This document shows, piece by piece, positions 26,464 through 29,214 of a stretch of DNA of 29,214 nucleotides (positions are counted from its first letter, which is position 1; every line of letters begins with the position of its first letter). This DNA is from a virus. Lineage: Duplodnaviria; Caudoviricetes. Under the pieces are notes generated by a model, which saw only the letters and a program-made list of their open reading frames with translations, was not told the origin of the DNA and did no database searches. The stretch lies in the IMG/VR virus record IMGVR_UViG_3300032225_002514, positions 1-29,214 of that record. One strand, given 5' to 3'. Made by a program: the position numbers and the translations under genes.

Positions 26464-26629
26464 AGAACTATTTGATAAAATTTTACAGGCATCTGCGTTA
26501 ATTAACTTGAAAGCTCAAAAAGGAAGCGGTAACTATATGGTTGTTTCAAAGGCGGTTGCTGATGTTATAACTGGTTTTAAAAGAGGAAGTAGGAAAGAAA
26601 AGATTAAAAAATTATTTCCTGATGAGTAA
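26456..26629 (+). CDS. 57-aa mini-ORF resembling a major capsid protein (gp23) fragment plus C-terminal tag
   Basis: MSKELFDKILQASALINLKAQKGSGNYMVVSKAVADVITGFKRGSRKEKIKKLFPDE; fills the gap after the HNH gene with an 8-nt overlap. Confidence 0.7.
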   Translation: MSKELFDKILQASALINLKAQKGSGNYMVVSKAVADVITGFKRGSRKEKIKKLFPDE

Positions 26630-26789
26630 GATAATTCTTGAAGGTGTTTTACAAACATTTGATAACAAACACAATGGTAGGATATATCCGAAAGAAGCCT
26701 TTAATAAGTTATATAAAGATAGTGTTAGAAAAATTATAAGAAAGAAGAAAATTAAAAAATTATTCAATGACAAAGCAAGAGAGATATGA
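26622..26789 (+). CDS. 55-aa mini-ORF resembling the prohead protease (gp21) N-terminus plus C-terminal tag
   Basis: MSKIILEGVLQTFDNKHNGRIYPKEAFNKLYKDSVRKIIRKKKIKKLFNDKAREI. Confidence 0.72.
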   Translation: MSKIILEGVLQTFDNKHNGRIYPKEAFNKLYKDSVRKIIRKKKIKKLFNDKAREI

Positions 26790-27189
26790 TAGAACTTATT
26801 TGAATATGGCAACAGAGTGGGCTAAACTTTCACATTGTAGTAGAAAACAAGTAGGTGCTTTAATAGTTAAGAATGGTATGATTATATCTGATGGATATAA
26901 TGGAACACCAACAGGCTTTGATAATTCTTGTGAGAATGGTGATGGTGATACTAATTGGTATGTTATTCATGGAGAAGCCAATGCTATCTTAAAGTGTGCT
27001 AAACACGGACATTCTTGTGAAGGTGGTACTTTATATCAAACACATTCTCCTTGCAGAGATTGCTCTAAACTTATACTACAATCTGGAATAAAACGATTAG
27101 TCTACATTGAGGATTATAAAGATACTTCTGGGTTAGATTTTCTAAGAGAGGCTAAAATTGAAATTATAAAATATGGACAAGGAACTTAA
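26767..27189 (+). CDS. dCMP deaminase
   Basis: SHCSRKQVGA, GYNG, HGEANAI and SPCRDC zinc-deaminase motifs. Confidence 0.95.
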   Translation: MTKQERYDRTYLNMATEWAKLSHCSRKQVGALIVKNGMIISDGYNGTPTGFDNSCENGDGDTNWYVIHGEANAILKCAKHGHSCEGGTLYQTHSPCRDCSKLILQSGIKRLVYIEDYKDTSGLDFLREAKIEIIKYGQGT

Positions 27190-27850
27190 ATTATTATTAG
27201 ATAATCATAAGTTAGACCAACTTTATAAGAATAATTTATTCAGTGTTAAATCAATGTGTGAATTACTTGGAACTTGGGACCAATATTCTCCAGAGGAAAA
27301 GTTTAAATTAGAAAATATCACTAAAAGAGATAGTAGAATTAATAAGCACTTTACTTATAAAGGCGAGTATGATGAAAAATTTGTTTATGGTGAGATATTA
27401 AGAACTGGAGTTGATACTATCATAAATAAAATTAATAAATATAAAAAACCAACAGAAAAAGATGTTTTTATTGACATTGGTTCTGGTTGTGGTAAATTAA
27501 TTTTACACACTGCTATCTCATCTAATATAAAAACACTTGTTGGTGTTGAAATATTATCACAAAGATGTAATTATGCTAAGTATATAAAAAGTCAAATTTT
27601 ACCAGATAACAATTCAGTATTTTTTATTAATAAAAATATCAAAGATTTTGATTTATCAATTGCAACAATTGTTTTTATAAATGATCTTTTTCTTGAAAAT
27701 AGATTAGTTTTAGACATATATGAATCTTTACCCAAAGGATGTCACTTTATACTATCCAGAAAAATTAATCAATGTAAAATAATGAAAGAAGAATTTGATG
27801 TAGATGTTTCTTGGGGTGATAAACTTACCTTCTTTTATTACATAAAATAA
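27173..27850 (+). CDS. Class I SAM methyltransferase, DOT1-like
   Basis: VYGEI, FIDIGSGCGK, GVEI and ATIVFIND motifs. Confidence 0.75.
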   Translation: MDKELKLLLDNHKLDQLYKNNLFSVKSMCELLGTWDQYSPEEKFKLENITKRDSRINKHFTYKGEYDEKFVYGEILRTGVDTIINKINKYKKPTEKDVFIDIGSGCGKLILHTAISSNIKTLVGVEILSQRCNYAKYIKSQILPDNNSVFFINKNIKDFDLSIATIVFINDLFLENRLVLDIYESLPKGCHFILSRKINQCKIMKEEFDVDVSWGDKLTFFYYIK

Positions 27851-27852
27851 GT

Positions 27853-28356
27853 ATGATATTCAAAGAACTTTTACAAAATATTAAATTATCGGCTAATGTA
27901 TCACCTAATATTGATGCTAAATCAATACAGGTTTATCCTGTTGGTGAAAACAATCTTGAGGGTATAAAAATACTCATTGATAACTGTTTCAGAATGGGTA
28001 GTGATAATAGTAATGTTAGAATGGCTACTGTTGATCCATCACTTTGGTTGGGTCAGTTCTTAGATAAACACTGGACTAAAATTTCATATGTTACATCACT
28101 TCCATCATTTAATATAATGAAAGTAGAAGATAATAAAATAGTTTCAAAGAACTATAATTGTCTAACAAAAGAATTTGAATCAGAAGATTTAGTTAATGAA
28201 TTTTTTGAAAAAAGTAGATGGAAGAGATTTGTACTTTTCTCAATTATAAAGTATGTAGATCTTGTTAATCTAAGTACATCATATCGCGTCAGATATGCTG
28301 ATATAACAGAGAAGTATGAAGAAAGAGATAATAAATTAGAAGAAATATTAAAGTAA
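27853..28356 (+). CDS. Hypothetical protein, C-terminal tag (RDNKLEEILK*)
   Basis: 167-aa ORF. Confidence 0.8.
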   Translation: MIFKELLQNIKLSANVSPNIDAKSIQVYPVGENNLEGIKILIDNCFRMGSDNSNVRMATVDPSLWLGQFLDKHWTKISYVTSLPSFNIMKVEDNKIVSKNYNCLTKEFESEDLVNEFFEKSRWKRFVLFSIIKYVDLVNLSTSYRVRYADITEKYEERDNKLEEILK

Positions 28357-29064
28357 TTAACCCCAGACCCATTTATAACTAACTTTATTTAATATTGCCC
28401 AAACCGAACTTGTATTTAATTTATAAATATCACCTATTTCAGAATAGGTGATATTATTATTTTCATACATATCAAATATATTTAATATATCTTCCTTAGA
28501 AAGTCTTGAATTTGATTTAGATATTTTTTCCTTTATATCATTAGATCTATTTTTACCTATATTTGATATTCTGATTTTATCAGATATTGATTTTCTATAA
28601 TCACTACTTCTATTATCCCAGTTTTCTTTAATTAACTTTTTTCTCTTTTCTATATGTTCATCTGATTGTTTAATCCCTCTTTTACAGTTTCCTATATTAT
28701 CACAGGACTCTTTAGATCTTTTTTTACCTGTATTAACTAATGATATTTTTTTTCTAGTCTCTTCTGTAACTGAATGTCCTAAACAAGCCCCTCCAAATCC
28801 ACCAGGTGACATATTATAATACATAGGATCTTCAACTGCGTTGTATAATCTAATTAAATGTCTTTCAAAATTTCTACAATCATCTTCATTTTCAAATTCT
28901 TTTACAATCTCTTTATTAAAATTCTCTTTACCATATTTAATTATAGCTTTTTTTATTAACTTACCAGATCCATAATACCAACTTCTAAACCATTTCTTTT
29001 TATTTAAGCTCAATCCAATATACTTCTTACCATTAATAGTATTAGTCACTATATACACATACAT
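28357..29064 (-). CDS. GIY-YIG homing endonuclease with NUMOD3-like repeats and C-terminal HTH
   Basis: MYVYIVTNTINGKKYIG, YYGSG, YYN, HSVTEETRKKIS-type repeats; free-standing and opposite to its neighbours. Confidence 0.9.
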   Translation of the reverse strand: MYVYIVTNTINGKKYIGLSLNKKKWFRSWYYGSGKLIKKAIIKYGKENFNKEIVKEFENEDDCRNFERHLIRLYNAVEDPMYYNMSPGGFGGACLGHSVTEETRKKISLVNTGKKRSKESCDNIGNCKRGIKQSDEHIEKRKKLIKENWDNRSSDYRKSISDKIRISNIGKNRSNDIKEKISKSNSRLSKEDILNIFDMYENNNITYSEIGDIYKLNTSSVWAILNKVSYKWVWG

Positions 29065-29146
29065 ATTATTTTAATTATTTTTAATTATATATTAAAAATT
29101 AAAAGGCTATTTATGACAACATTCTATCTCCGAAAAGTATAATAAT

Positions 29147-29214
29147 ATGGAGTTAATATCAACAAATATATGTATGTCATATCATATTGGTGTACATGGT
29201 AATATGTTCGGTGG
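29147..29214 (+). CDS. Probable hotdog-fold acyl-CoA thioesterase, partial
   Basis: MELISTNICMSYHIGVHGNMFG, reading into GG at the window edge (HGNxFGG motif). Confidence 0.55.
   Translation, partial: MELISTNICMSYHIGVHGNMFG

Noticed and set aside
1706-26812. Antisense or off-frame ORFs (1706, 5381, 5550, 6247, 7404, 7968, 8572, 16716, 17826, 22222, 24240, 25427, 26241, 26612)
   Set aside because: They overlap better-supported genes and show no motifs; 16716 and 26612 lie antisense to the mini-ORFs called here
824-28356. C-terminal tag as a DNA-level repeat or integron-like attC site
   Set aside because: Synonymous codons vary freely between copies, and no inverted repeat or integrase is visible
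1-29214. Bacterial chromosome or eukaryotic giant-virus origin
   Set aside because: T4-type split topoisomerase, RNase H and head-protein-like fragments, dense hypothetical genes, NusG and Bacteroidota promoters fit a large bacteriophage best

Overview
AT-rich, gene-dense segment of a large T4-like (jumbo-type) bacteriophage genome. The host is most likely Bacteroidota: nine TAnnTTTG promoters, several with an upstream TTTG, A-rich non-Shine-Dalgarno starts, and a T9SS type-B cargo gene. Recognisable genes: both type II topoisomerase subunits (divergent, split by an LpxH-like/glycosyltransferase pair), a 5'-3' exonuclease/RNase H, NusG, dCMP deaminase, an N4/N6 DNA methyltransferase, a DOT1-like methyltransferase, an EXD2-type HNH protein, a rhomboid protease, a HAD phosphatase, a DUF2201/VWA protein, a flavodoxin-fold protein, a GIY-YIG homing endonuclease and a collagen-like fibre (partial). 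Four signals are not explained by the ORF track. (1) A ~240-nt minimal type-A RNase P RNA (9878-10117, minus) with an intact catalytic domain and a collapsed specificity domain. (2) An atypical tRNA-like gene with a CUA (amber) anticodon (6951-7030). (3) A shared C-terminal peptide tag, R-x-x-K-[IL]-x-x-[ILV], on 16 mostly unrelated hypothetical proteins and on none of the recognisable enzymes. (4) Two unannotated mini-ORFs that look like fragments of major capsid protein and prohead protease, each fused to that tag. All family assignments come from motif recognition by eye; no searches were run.
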